A stretch of 55,910 nucleotides of DNA from an uncultured Candidatus Poseidoniales archaeon (lineage in GTDB: Archaea > Thermoplasmatota > Poseidoniia > Poseidoniales > Thalassarchaeaceae): positions 1 to 55,910 of the forward strand of contig CAYPWN010000002.1 in the NCBI GenBank assembly GCA_964414525.1. The letters are read 5' to 3'. A program made the translations under genes and the position numbers. The notes beneath the pieces are model-generated. The model had not been told where the DNA came from, did not search any database, and saw nothing but the letters and a program-made list of their open reading frames with translations. Position 1 is the first letter of the stretch. Every line of letters begins with the position of its first letter. Shown in pieces: positions 25,743 to 35,088 of this stretch.

Positions 25743-27179
25743 ATGGTCGAGTCACGAAAGTGCCAAGTTCTGGTAATTGGAGCAGGGCCGGGGGGCTATG
25801 TTTCGGGCATTAGGGCCGCACAGCTCGGACTTGAGACGATTGTCGTAGAGGGAGACAAAGCAGGAGGAACCTGCCTAATCAGGGGTTGCATACCCAGCAA
25901 GGCAATTATTCACGCAGCTGAGAGATTCGAGTCTCTTCGTCAGCACTCCGAGGAAGGCGGACACATGGGCCTATCCGTGGATGGAGTTCCAGAAGTAGAC
26001 ATGGTAGCTCTTGTTTCCTGGAAAGATTCGATAGTGGACAGGTTGAACAAGGGTGTAGAGGGCCTACTAAATGCAGCAGGCGCAGAGCTAATCACTGGCT
26101 GGGCAAGCTTCGAAGGTCCCAAGAGCTGCATCGTTGACACAGCGGAAGGAAAGGTGAATATCGAGGCGGATAACGTCATCCTAGCCACTGGATCGAGTCA
26201 CATAGACCTACCATTCATGCCATGTGACGAAGAATTTGTGCTCTCCTCTACTGGGGCACTTGACTTGGCCAAGCTTCCAAAGAGTGCGGCGATAGTGGGG
26301 GGCGGATACATTGGTCTAGAGCTAGGGTGCGCATTGGCCAAACTTGGCACGGAGGTCACCGTTGTAGAGGGTTTGGAGAGTATCCTAGCAATTATGGACA
26401 AGGAAATCAGGAGGCCGCTAGAAATCTGGCTGAAGAAGCATGGCGTCAAGGTCCATACCAAGGCGCTAGCTAGGGGGACCGAGGTGAAAGGCAAAGGGGC
26501 ATCCAGGAAGGTGGAGTTGACTTTCGAAAAGGACGGAACAGAACAAAGGATCAAGGTTGACAAGGTTCTGGTTACGGTGGGAAGAAAGCCCAACACTCAG
26601 GGATGGGGGCTGGAAAATACAGGAGTGAGGATGGATGCTTCTGGTCGATTCATCAGAACAGACAGGCAGTGCAGAACCTCCGTTCCGGGAGTCTATGCCA
26701 TAGGTGACGTAGCAGGGGAGCCGATGCTGGCCCACAAGGCCAGCGCCGAAGGAGAGATGGTAGCAGAGATCATTGCAGGTCACAAGCGAGAGTTCGACAA
26801 GGTTGCCATACCAGCCATTGTTTTCACCGAGCCAGAAATAGTTTCAGTAGGACTAACTCCAGAGGAGGCCCGGGAAAGAGGAGAGGAGGTATTGGTTGGA
26901 AAGTTCCCTCTGGCTGCCAACGGCAGAGCCCTTAGCATCGAAGCAGAGAAGACTGGGGGGTTCATCAGAGTAACCGCGAGAGAGTCTGACCACGTAATTC
27001 TAGGAGTTCAGGCTGTCGGAAGCCATGTTGCAGAACTACATGCAGAATTCGTACTCGCTCTGGAGATGGGTGCTCTACTGGAAGATGTAGCTGGTACCGT
27101 TCACGCTCACCCAACTATGGCAGAGTCATTCCACGAGGGTGTTCTCAAGACACTAGGTCACGCTATTCACATCAGTTGA
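25743..27179 (+). CDS. lpdA: Dihydrolipoamide dehydrogenase (E3)
   Basis: 478 aa. It has the FAD motif 'VIGAGPGGY', the redox-active disulfide 'GGTCLIRGCIPSK', the NAD motif 'IVGGGYIGLE' and the C-terminal 'HAHPTMAES'. Confidence 0.93.
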   Translation: MVESRKCQVLVIGAGPGGYVSGIRAAQLGLETIVVEGDKAGGTCLIRGCIPSKAIIHAAERFESLRQHSEEGGHMGLSVDGVPEVDMVALVSWKDSIVDRLNKGVEGLLNAAGAELITGWASFEGPKSCIVDTAEGKVNIEADNVILATGSSHIDLPFMPCDEEFVLSSTGALDLAKLPKSAAIVGGGYIGLELGCALAKLGTEVTVVEGLESILAIMDKEIRRPLEIWLKKHGVKVHTKALARGTEVKGKGASRKVELTFEKDGTEQRIKVDKVLVTVGRKPNTQGWGLENTGVRMDASGRFIRTDRQCRTSVPGVYAIGDVAGEPMLAHKASAEGEMVAEIIAGHKREFDKVAIPAIVFTEPEIVSVGLTPEEARERGEEVLVGKFPLAANGRALSIEAEKTGGFIRVTARESDHVILGVQAVGSHVAELHAEFVLALEMGALLEDVAGTVHAHPTMAESFHEGVLKTLGHAIHIS

Positions 27180-27188
27180 GGTAATCGG

Positions 27189-27863
27189 ATGGGACAAATT
27201 AGAGTCGTCAGATACGGAGTCGTGGAACATGAAGAAATGTCTGACATGATGAAAATACTCCAGCAAGAGAGAATTGAAGATCGGATTCCTGACACCCTAA
27301 TCTTCGTCGAGCATCCCGAGGTTGTCACCATCGGCCCCAAGGCAAAAAGAGATGGAGTAGTTGTGGATGGTTACCCAACCTCATTGACGGACAGGGGCGG
27401 TGGGATTACCTGGCACGGTCCGGGCCAACTAGTCGTGTACCCAATAGTAAAATGGAAGGTAGACGAACATAGCGTCAGAGGAATCATCACAAGGCTAGAA
27501 GAGTGGGCAATTGGGGCGCTTTCAGATTGCGGAGTTGAAGCATACAAGGACCCTAGAATGCAGGGTGCTTGGGTTGACGGGTACAAGGTCTGCTCAATCG
27601 GCCTCTCGTTCCTTCACTGGGTTAGTCGGCACGGAATGTCGATCAACATCGACACGCCGGGAACTAGGGTGGAGGATCTAGAGGGGTGCGGCATTACTGC
27701 CGGGACGCACACCAGCCTGTCCCAACTAGGATACTCGCACGATTCCGATGGCGCCACCATAGACAGGGAGAGGGTCGAGAGGGGGCTGATTGATACTTGT
27801 CAGAAGCACCTCGGAAGGAAGCCGGTCATGGAAGTTGACTGGTCGCCGGAGATGGCTGCATGA
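27189..27863 (+). CDS. lipB: Lipoyl(octanoyl) transferase
   Basis: 224 aa. 'IFVEHPEVVTIG', 'RGGGITWHGPGQLVVYP' and 'KVCSIG' (catalytic Cys region) are LipB signatures. Confidence 0.88.
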   Translation: MGQIRVVRYGVVEHEEMSDMMKILQQERIEDRIPDTLIFVEHPEVVTIGPKAKRDGVVVDGYPTSLTDRGGGITWHGPGQLVVYPIVKWKVDEHSVRGIITRLEEWAIGALSDCGVEAYKDPRMQGAWVDGYKVCSIGLSFLHWVSRHGMSINIDTPGTRVEDLEGCGITAGTHTSLSQLGYSHDSDGATIDRERVERGLIDTCQKHLGRKPVMEVDWSPEMAA

Positions 27864-29050
27864 GCAGACCCCGAAGGGGTGATCTAGCCGAACACTGGTC
27901 ACTGGATCCAAAAATCACCTTCTTGAACCACGGATCATTCGGGGCCACACCAATTGCAGTAATGGATGAGCAATCGAAGATTCGATCGCAGATGGAGAGT
28001 GACCCAGTACGATTCTTCGAGAGGGATTACCTAGGGCTGATGGAGGCTTCTAGGGAGTCCCTGGCTGGCTTCCTGAATGCTGACCCAAATGGATTGACCT
28101 TCGTAAAGAATGCCACAGAGGGAGTAAACACAATTCTCCGGAGCCTAAATCTCCGAGAGGGGGACGAAATCATTGTGCCAAATCATAGCTACCAGGCATG
28201 CTGGAATGCAGTTGACTTCGTCACCGAACGAGCTGGTGCCAAGACGGTGGTGGTGAGCATCCCATTTAGGGTCGAGAGTGAGTCAGAGATTGTGGACCTG
28301 ATCATGTCTGCAGTTTCTGAGAAAACCGTACTTGCCCTAATTGACACAGTTACAAGCCCAACTGGATTGAGGATGCCGTTCGAGGAGCTAGTAGAGAAGT
28401 TGCAGAAGACAGGGGTAGACGTCCTACTGGATGCCGCGCACGGGCCGGGTATAGTGCCACTAGACCTGAATGAATTGGGTGCTGCATACTGCACCGGAAA
28501 CTGCCACAAATGGATATGCACCCCGAAAGGGTCGGCATTCCTGCATATTAGGCATGACCGGAAGAGCGAGGTCCGCCCCCTTAGCATTGGCCACGGGGCA
28601 AGTTTCCAAGGAAGCGATCAAGAGAAGTTCGAGTATGAGTTTGGTTGGCCTGGGACACAGGACCCGACACCATGGCTTTGCATCCCTAAGGCCCTGGATT
28701 ACATTGGGGGCCTATTTCAAGGCGGATGGCCCTCAATAATGGAGAGGAATAGGGATCTGGCACTAGAGGGTAGAAGAGTAATTTGCGATGCGTTGGGAAC
28801 CGACCCACCCGTTCCCGAATCCATGGTTTCTTCTATTGCCGCAGTTGAGATGCCCGGAGATGGCGAAGTGGGGCCCATGAGCTTCCAGGGGGATCCTTTT
28901 CACAACTCACTACTGGATGATTATGGCATCCAAGTACCTGTTTTCCCTTGGATGCACCATGGCAACAGATACATCAGAATCTCTGCCCAGCTTTACAACC
29001 ACCTGGACGAGTACATTTTCCTCGCTGAAGCACTGAAAGAAAGCCTGTGA
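27860..29050 (+). CDS. Class V PLP-dependent aminotransferase-fold enzyme (isopenicillin-N epimerase / cysteine desulfurase-like)
   Basis: 396 aa. The N-terminal 'LNHGSFGATP' and the PLP-Lys segment 'GNCHKWICTPKGSAFLH' are typical of the family. The start overlaps the lipB stop (ATGA at 27860-27863). Confidence 0.8.
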   Translation: MSRPRRGDLAEHWSLDPKITFLNHGSFGATPIAVMDEQSKIRSQMESDPVRFFERDYLGLMEASRESLAGFLNADPNGLTFVKNATEGVNTILRSLNLREGDEIIVPNHSYQACWNAVDFVTERAGAKTVVVSIPFRVESESEIVDLIMSAVSEKTVLALIDTVTSPTGLRMPFEELVEKLQKTGVDVLLDAAHGPGIVPLDLNELGAAYCTGNCHKWICTPKGSAFLHIRHDRKSEVRPLSIGHGASFQGSDQEKFEYEFGWPGTQDPTPWLCIPKALDYIGGLFQGGWPSIMERNRDLALEGRRVICDALGTDPPVPESMVSSIAAVEMPGDGEVGPMSFQGDPFHNSLLDDYGIQVPVFPWMHHGNRYIRISAQLYNHLDEYIFLAEALKESL

Positions 29051-29093
29051 AGAAAAGCAACCTTTCAAGGAGTCGATATGCGGCCCTAATGCC

Positions 29094-29675
29094 ATGCCCG
29101 AGGCGGTGGTAGCCCTAACCGGAGCTTCCGGCTCAAGCTACGCCGTGAGGCTTATTGAGGTGCTAAATGATCATGGTTGGTCAGTCAATCTGATCGTAAC
29201 AAACAGTGGAGCAATCAACTTAGACTTGGAATGCGGCATCACTCCCGAGGATCTGGCATCTAGTGAGGGGGTAGAACTTGAGGACAACGGTAACCTAGCG
29301 GCCAGAGCCGCATCTGGTTCTGCAAGATTCGACGCCTACGTGGTTTGCCCGGCTAGTGGCACCACAATAGGGAAGATTGCTGCCGGTATCAGTGACAATC
29401 TGGCGACCAGGAGCGCTCTAGTTGCAATGAAGGAAAGAAGGAAGTTGATCCTAGTACCTAGAGAGGCCCCTTACTCGACCCCTCATCTAAAGGCTATGGC
29501 TAATCTCTCGGAATGGGGCGTAGTGATACTTCCCGCTAGTCCTGGTTTCTACCACTCTCCAGAAACCATAGAAGACATGGTAGACTTCGTGGTTGCAAGA
29601 ATTCTAGACCAACTTGACATCGAACACAACCTCGGAAAAAGATGGACGGGTGACGAGGTCCAGTCCAAAGACTGA
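29094..29675 (+). CDS. ubiX: Flavin prenyltransferase UbiX
   Basis: 193 aa. 'VVALTGASGSSYAVRLIEVL', 'VCPASGTTIGKIAAGISDNLATRSA' and 'LILVPREAPYSTPHLKAM' match UbiX/Pad1. Confidence 0.88.
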   Translation: MPEAVVALTGASGSSYAVRLIEVLNDHGWSVNLIVTNSGAINLDLECGITPEDLASSEGVELEDNGNLAARAASGSARFDAYVVCPASGTTIGKIAAGISDNLATRSALVAMKERRKLILVPREAPYSTPHLKAMANLSEWGVVILPASPGFYHSPETIEDMVDFVVARILDQLDIEHNLGKRWTGDEVQSKD

Positions 29676-29739
29676 TGCGAAACATGACTAGGTCTGGAAT
29701 GGGTTCAATAGTGGCGGAAAGAGCTGAATTGCCGATAGC

Positions 29740-31497
29740 ATGACCGAATGGTCTTCGAAAACAGTTCAGTTACTCAAGAGCGAGTTGCGCTCAAGGGGCC
29801 TGTCGACCTCGGGAAAAAAGGCAGACTTGGTAAAAAGACTCGAAGAGAGTGAGGGATCTAGCAGCGTAATTGAGGCAGAAATTGTAGGAGATCCTAGCCG
29901 GGAGGGGGTTTCCAGTCTGCTTACTAGGTTAGGGGACTTAGGAGGGCAGAAGACAAGTAGGGCCTCGATAAACGCGCTTTTTCTGGCTGCAATAGTAATT
30001 ATCGGGACGTCAGGGGGTGGACTATTGTTCGGGGACGATATAGCGAGATGGATGAGGGGTTCTCCTGATTACGAACTCATTGAGTTCGATTCCAATCAAA
30101 CCAGAGCATTCGCGCAGGGCCTCGTGGACCTCGGCCATCCCGAGTGGGAAGGAAGGCTATCGGGGACAGTTGAGGAAGAAAACACGGCACAGTCCATCAA
30201 GACCAACTTCTCAAATAGCGGATTGCCCTCAATCCTAGACGAGTTCGAGGTCCCCCTTTACTACATGGGGAGTCAGTTTGATCTAATGATATGCCAGCCT
30301 GGGAACTTGGGTGGGATAATTGGTGGGCCCACCCCCTGCTCAATAGCCGACTTGGATAGGGAAGAGACGGAATACGCGCACAGAGTCGACTACGTGGTCC
30401 AAGGTTACAGTGGAAGTGTGAATATACCTGCAAGCAGCAACGTCCAGGTGATTGATCTTGGAATGGGAAACGAGTCTGAGGATTGGGGGTCTGCAGGAAA
30501 TGGTATCGGAGTAGTGTGGATGATGGATGGGCAGGAAGGGCAGCCCGGGACTGAAAGCAACACTATTCTGATGGGTAGGGCCCAGGATAATAGCCTGAGG
30601 GGGCTAATCACTATTAACGCGAGACAGAACTGCGATGACTTAGTACAAGATGACTGCGTCCCTTACTCGAAGTCCCTGGATATCACACAATTTGATGAGA
30701 AACCCTACGACATTGGTTTTGTAATGGTATCCAAGAGTGTTGGTGATGAGATCATAGATCAAGTGGTAAACGGGAATGGGATGCTACAATTCCAAGTGGA
30801 CGTTGACAACCAGCAGGAGGGTTACATACACGTACCGTGCGGAATCATTGAGGGGCAAACTGACGAGAAGATCATCATAGGGGCGCATCATGACACCGTG
30901 TACAACGGACAAGGTGCTGTCGACAATACTGCAGGAACGGCCACGGTCCAAGAGATGGCTCGGCAGATGGCCTTACTCGAGACGGTGCTTGGCGAGCCAA
31001 AGCTAACGATCTACTTCTGCACCTGGGGAGGTGAAGAAGAGGGGTTGTGGGGCTCTAGCGAGTGGGTTCAGAAGTACCAATCAGATCTTCAAGAGAACCT
31101 CAGGCTATACATCAACCTAGACATGAACCACGTAGATGCCCAGAGGAACTCAGGCCTCACCCTTCAGGGAAACAGCCCCGATGATGTCAAGCACATCGAA
31201 GGAATTGTCGGTAAATTCTCGAAGGAGCACCCCGATTTGGCAAGCAAGTACCAAATCAGCGTCAGGCAGTTAGATTCTGGAGAAATGCCACACAACTCTG
31301 ACCACGCACCATTCGTTTACAACCTATACGATGGTGCTGAGGAAGAAGGGATGTATGGAAAGGCAATGTTATGCTATGGTTCTGGGTCATCCGAGTATCA
31401 CACCTATCTGGACACGATGGACAGGTTCAACGAGGAGAGCCTGATGGTTTCAGGAATAATCTACGGTTCACTGGTGAGGCACATTGCTTGGGCCTAA
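29740..31497 (+). CDS. SAP-domain / single TM / PA-M28 family metallo-aminopeptidase fusion
   Basis: The N-terminal 'VQLLKSELRSRGLSTSGKKADLVKRLEE' is a SAP motif and the TM is 'INALFLAAIVIIGTSGGGLLFG'. The M28 zinc ligands and catalytic residues are 'GAHHDTV', 'GAVDNTAGTA', 'WGGEEEGLWGSSEW', 'INLDMN' and 'SDHAPF'. Confidence 0.8.
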   Translation: MTEWSSKTVQLLKSELRSRGLSTSGKKADLVKRLEESEGSSSVIEAEIVGDPSREGVSSLLTRLGDLGGQKTSRASINALFLAAIVIIGTSGGGLLFGDDIARWMRGSPDYELIEFDSNQTRAFAQGLVDLGHPEWEGRLSGTVEEENTAQSIKTNFSNSGLPSILDEFEVPLYYMGSQFDLMICQPGNLGGIIGGPTPCSIADLDREETEYAHRVDYVVQGYSGSVNIPASSNVQVIDLGMGNESEDWGSAGNGIGVVWMMDGQEGQPGTESNTILMGRAQDNSLRGLITINARQNCDDLVQDDCVPYSKSLDITQFDEKPYDIGFVMVSKSVGDEIIDQVVNGNGMLQFQVDVDNQQEGYIHVPCGIIEGQTDEKIIIGAHHDTVYNGQGAVDNTAGTATVQEMARQMALLETVLGEPKLTIYFCTWGGEEEGLWGSSEWVQKYQSDLQENLRLYINLDMNHVDAQRNSGLTLQGNSPDDVKHIEGIVGKFSKEHPDLASKYQISVRQLDSGEMPHNSDHAPFVYNLYDGAEEEGMYGKAMLCYGSGSSEYHTYLDTMDRFNEESLMVSGIIYGSLVRHIAWA

Positions 31498-31955
31498 GTG
31501 GAGCAGAAGGATACTACTGCATCGTAATCCGGTTCCATCCCAGGGTTTTCCGCCACCCACGAGTAACCTATTGTTCTGTCTGGCTCGACTATGAAAATCG
31601 CTCTCTGTGAGGCAGTATATCCGGGTGCCCCAAAGTCGTGAATTGAAAGCCCGTATGCCTCTATAGCAGATCTCTGTACGTCGCAGAGAAGGGGGAAGCC
31701 TATTCCCTTTGTCTCTGCAAACTCCTTGTTGGCGAAAACGTTGTCAGCAGATATTCCCAGAATTTCAGCATCTGCTTCATTCAGTACGCCCATCGAGTCT
31801 GTAAAGTTGCAAAGCTCAGCAGCGCAGACACCAGTAAAGGCAGCTGGGTAGAATGCTAGGACGACCCTCTTTCCTATTTCGCTGAGAGTCACCATCGACC
31901 TATCTTGGGCAGCCATCAGCGTGAAGTCAGGGGCATTATCTCCTACGGAAACCAT
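31494..31955 (-). CDS. Peroxiredoxin (AhpE/Bcp-like, AhpC/TSA family)
   Basis: 153 aa. 'APDFTL...VVLAFYPAAFTGVCAAELC' carries the peroxidatic Cys motif (P..FT..C). Confidence 0.85.
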   Translation of the reverse strand: MVSVGDNAPDFTLMAAQDRSMVTLSEIGKRVVLAFYPAAFTGVCAAELCNFTDSMGVLNEADAEILGISADNVFANKEFAETKGIGFPLLCDVQRSAIEAYGLSIHDFGAPGYTASQRAIFIVEPDRTIGYSWVAENPGMEPDYDAVVSFCST

Positions 31956-31995
31956 GATGCCCCGAGAGGTTTCTTATTTTCAAGATGACCTAGCT

Positions 31996-33744
31996 CTACA
32001 TCCTCTCAGGGGTGCCAATCCCCAGTAGCCCTAGGCCCAGACTTAACTCCCTCGCAGTTAGTTCACAAAGAGCTAGTCTGCTCTGCAAGATATCGGGGTC
32101 TTCGGAGTTTAGGACCGGGCAATTCTCGTAAAATGTGGCGAAGGAAGAGGCAATAGAATGCAAATGGGTGCATAGCTTGTGAGGGCTGAATGATGAAATC
32201 GAGTCTTCTACGGCAGAGGGGAATTCGACGAGTCTCCGGGATAGAGCTAGTTCGTCTGGATGGGTGACACTTAGGCTGGTTCCCGATAGTTCCCCTCGAT
32301 CCCCGCCCCATCTTCTGAAAATGCTGCAGATTCTGGCATGGGCGTACTGCAGATAAGGGGCGGTGTTTCCATCAAATGAAAGCATGCCCTCCCAGTCGAA
32401 GATGTAGTCCTTGGTCCTCTCAGTTGACAAGTCGGCGTACTTCACCGCCCCAATCCCCACCGCTCTAGCAACATCCCTCCTCTCTTTGGCAGACAAATCT
32501 GGGTTCTTCTCCTTGACCGAATTCTCTGCCCTGATGATTGCCTCTTGAAGAAGGTCGTGAAGTTTCACCACCTCTCCCTCTCTGCTCTTCAGCACCTTTC
32601 CATCAGTATCTAGTACTGAGCCGAAATTTACGTGAACTGCTCTGTGAGAATCGGACATAAATCCCGCTTGCTTAGCAACTTGGAAGACCATCTCGAAATG
32701 TTGCTTCTGCGGAGTTCCGACTACGTATAGGAACCCATCACACCCGAGCCTCTCAACTCTATCGATAATGCAAGCTAGGTCAGATGTGCTGTAGTTGTAA
32801 CCCCCATCACCCTTCCTTATGATCATCGGAAGAGGTTCTCCCTCCCTGTTAACCCAACCACCCGGGAAGACTACATCTGCTCCTTCGCTATTTTCTAGAA
32901 GTCCCGCATCAGAGAGCCTTTCTACGACTAAAGGTAGGATTTCTTGATAGCTGGATTCCCCCATTATGTCGTCGTCTGTTAAGAGGACCCCGAGCATTGA
33001 GTAGACTTCGTTGAAGTACCGCATTGATTCGTCGACCAATATCCTCCAAAGTCTGAGGGTCTCAGAGTCCCCCCCTTGAAGTTGAACTACTCTATTCCTG
33101 GATCTTTCTGCGAAGTCATCATCAGAAACAAACTTAGATCTCGCTTGCTTGTAAAATGAGTCTAGATCGCCAACCCCCAACTCATTGGCTGCTTGGCCCT
33201 CCCCAAGGTCCAGTAGATGCTCGATTAGCATTCCGAACGGAGTACCCCAGTCGCCGACGTGATTCTCACGAATGACATTGTGGCCCTTGAATTCCAACAT
33301 CCTGACGATTGTATCCCCGATTACAGTGGACCTGAGGTGTCCAACATGCATCTCTTTGGCAACGTTTGGTGCAGAGTAATCAACTGCGAAGGTTAGGCTG
33401 CTGTCTTTACCGACTCCTATTCTGGTATCGGAGTATAGGTTGGACAATCGCTTGGATAGCCACAGAGGAGTTGCCTTCATGTTCACGAATCCGCTGATGG
33501 ATGATACTTGCGCAATTTCTTCCAGATTACCCCCTACAAGATGACAAATCTCCTCAGCGATTTCTTGGGGTGGCCTACTTAGAATGCCGGACAGTGGGTG
33601 ACACGGAAGAGCCGCATCTCCATGGTCCTGAACGGTCGCCTTCCCGATTAGTGGCAACCATACTGATTCTTCTATCCCAAGAAAAGCCATGGCCTCTGAA
33701 AATACTGGCAATGACTCTGCTATGAGATCCCTAATCAAAACCAC
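31996..33744 (-). CDS. argS: Arginine--tRNA ligase
   Basis: 582 aa. It has the HIGH motif 'APNVAKEMHVGHLRSTVIGD', a class I catalytic core, a DALR anticodon-binding C-terminus and the typical terminal '...PERM'. Confidence 0.93.
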   Translation of the reverse strand: MVLIRDLIAESLPVFSEAMAFLGIEESVWLPLIGKATVQDHGDAALPCHPLSGILSRPPQEIAEEICHLVGGNLEEIAQVSSISGFVNMKATPLWLSKRLSNLYSDTRIGVGKDSSLTFAVDYSAPNVAKEMHVGHLRSTVIGDTIVRMLEFKGHNVIRENHVGDWGTPFGMLIEHLLDLGEGQAANELGVGDLDSFYKQARSKFVSDDDFAERSRNRVVQLQGGDSETLRLWRILVDESMRYFNEVYSMLGVLLTDDDIMGESSYQEILPLVVERLSDAGLLENSEGADVVFPGGWVNREGEPLPMIIRKGDGGYNYSTSDLACIIDRVERLGCDGFLYVVGTPQKQHFEMVFQVAKQAGFMSDSHRAVHVNFGSVLDTDGKVLKSREGEVVKLHDLLQEAIIRAENSVKEKNPDLSAKERRDVARAVGIGAVKYADLSTERTKDYIFDWEGMLSFDGNTAPYLQYAHARICSIFRRWGGDRGELSGTSLSVTHPDELALSRRLVEFPSAVEDSISSFSPHKLCTHLHSIASSFATFYENCPVLNSEDPDILQSRLALCELTARELSLGLGLLGIGTPERM

Positions 33745-33745
33745 C

Positions 33746-34993
33746 TCAAGAAATAGGATACCTCAACAACGCAGCGATACCGCCGAAGGCCGAGTTTAGC
33801 GTAGCGCCCTCCTCCGTGTCCATTGAGATAAGTCTGACTTGGGCAGAAGTATGGCCCGCAAGGATGGTTAACTCATCAATAAGCTCGATGGAATCATCAG
33901 AATCCTCGCGCACGGTTCCTGAATCGCACACAGGACAATTTGGTAATGATGAGCCCTTGTCATGTGTAGACTTCCATGCGTTCTTGCACCCCTTGCAAAA
34001 CCAAGAGACCCTCCTCTTAGTTAGTGCCTCGGAGAGAAGTAGGGTAGACACGGCCCCCTGATCAAGAGCAGAGCGAATCATTACCTCGCCGTAAGTTGCC
34101 TTTGGATTAGCCTGCATCACCTCTCTCAGAAACTCGTCTACTAGGGTCCTCTCTATGTCCAGTTCTATCTGATCCATTGTAGAGCCGGCTCTTTGTACCA
34201 ACTCCCTCAGACCACTCTCATTCGAGTACCCCACATCAAAATACGGCTCGGCAATCAGCTTCTTTATTTCGTGGTGAAAGTAGTCTTGCTTCACTACGAA
34301 GTCCTTTGTCGCCCCTGGGCCCCCAATAATGATGCCTCGTAGGTCCTGCACCATTGGAAGCCAGTAGTTGGAAGCCCTCTCTGTTGCTTTCTTGAAGAAC
34401 TTGTGCGCTGCCTCCTCGATTAGTCTCTCAAACCTTTGTGCGGATTGGCCTCCTCGGCCATGTTTGGAAGGAACCAAGGAAGTGATATGTTCTTGGCAAT
34501 GCAGCCTCTTTCCCGAAGCCAACCCATATGCAGCCTCAGATCTGTCAATGACAAAGAGTCCGTAAGATGTGCGATCGATTAGCATCTCCTCCAACTGGCT
34601 AATTTCGAAGGTGGAGTGGCATCTGTACCTGAATGAAGGGAATGGTTCTGGGGGGTCATCGACTACCGTTGATATCAGTCTAGTCTTGTTGTTACCCACA
34701 ATGACGTGCCCGACAAAAATTGCTAACCCCCCCTCGCCTGGGGTCTTGTATCTATTCAATGATGAGACTGCGGATTCTATGGCATCGGTAACATGCTTTT
34801 TTGTTGACTTGGACTTAATGTTCGCAGCCTGCCCTGCCTCCTGAATGAGATGGTGCCTAACGTCGCTGATCATCCGATCAGGCGGGATAATAACGGTGAC
34901 TAGCTCTGTCCCCATGCCCTTCATCGCGGACAGTTCAGCGATCGTCTTCTTCAGACGAAGCCGTCGCTGCTGTTGTTCGAGATCGTCAGACAT
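33746..34993 (-). CDS. prf1: Peptide chain release factor aRF1
   Basis: 415 aa. It has the NIKS motif ('ANIKSKST'), the GGQ motif ('HGRGGQSAQRF') and a C-terminal domain with a CxxC...CxxC mini zinc-finger insertion. Confidence 0.93.
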   Translation of the reverse strand: MSDDLEQQQRRLRLKKTIAELSAMKGMGTELVTVIIPPDRMISDVRHHLIQEAGQAANIKSKSTKKHVTDAIESAVSSLNRYKTPGEGGLAIFVGHVIVGNNKTRLISTVVDDPPEPFPSFRYRCHSTFEISQLEEMLIDRTSYGLFVIDRSEAAYGLASGKRLHCQEHITSLVPSKHGRGGQSAQRFERLIEEAAHKFFKKATERASNYWLPMVQDLRGIIIGGPGATKDFVVKQDYFHHEIKKLIAEPYFDVGYSNESGLRELVQRAGSTMDQIELDIERTLVDEFLREVMQANPKATYGEVMIRSALDQGAVSTLLLSEALTKRRVSWFCKGCKNAWKSTHDKGSSLPNCPVCDSGTVREDSDDSIELIDELTILAGHTSAQVRLISMDTEEGATLNSAFGGIAALLRYPIS

Positions 34994-35088
34994 GTCGTTC
35001 CTCCGTGAAATGCCACCATAGGCGGCATTTCAACCCTTCAGCGCATATAGAGCATACGCATTGAAAGGCAGAGTGCCGACCTAGGGAC

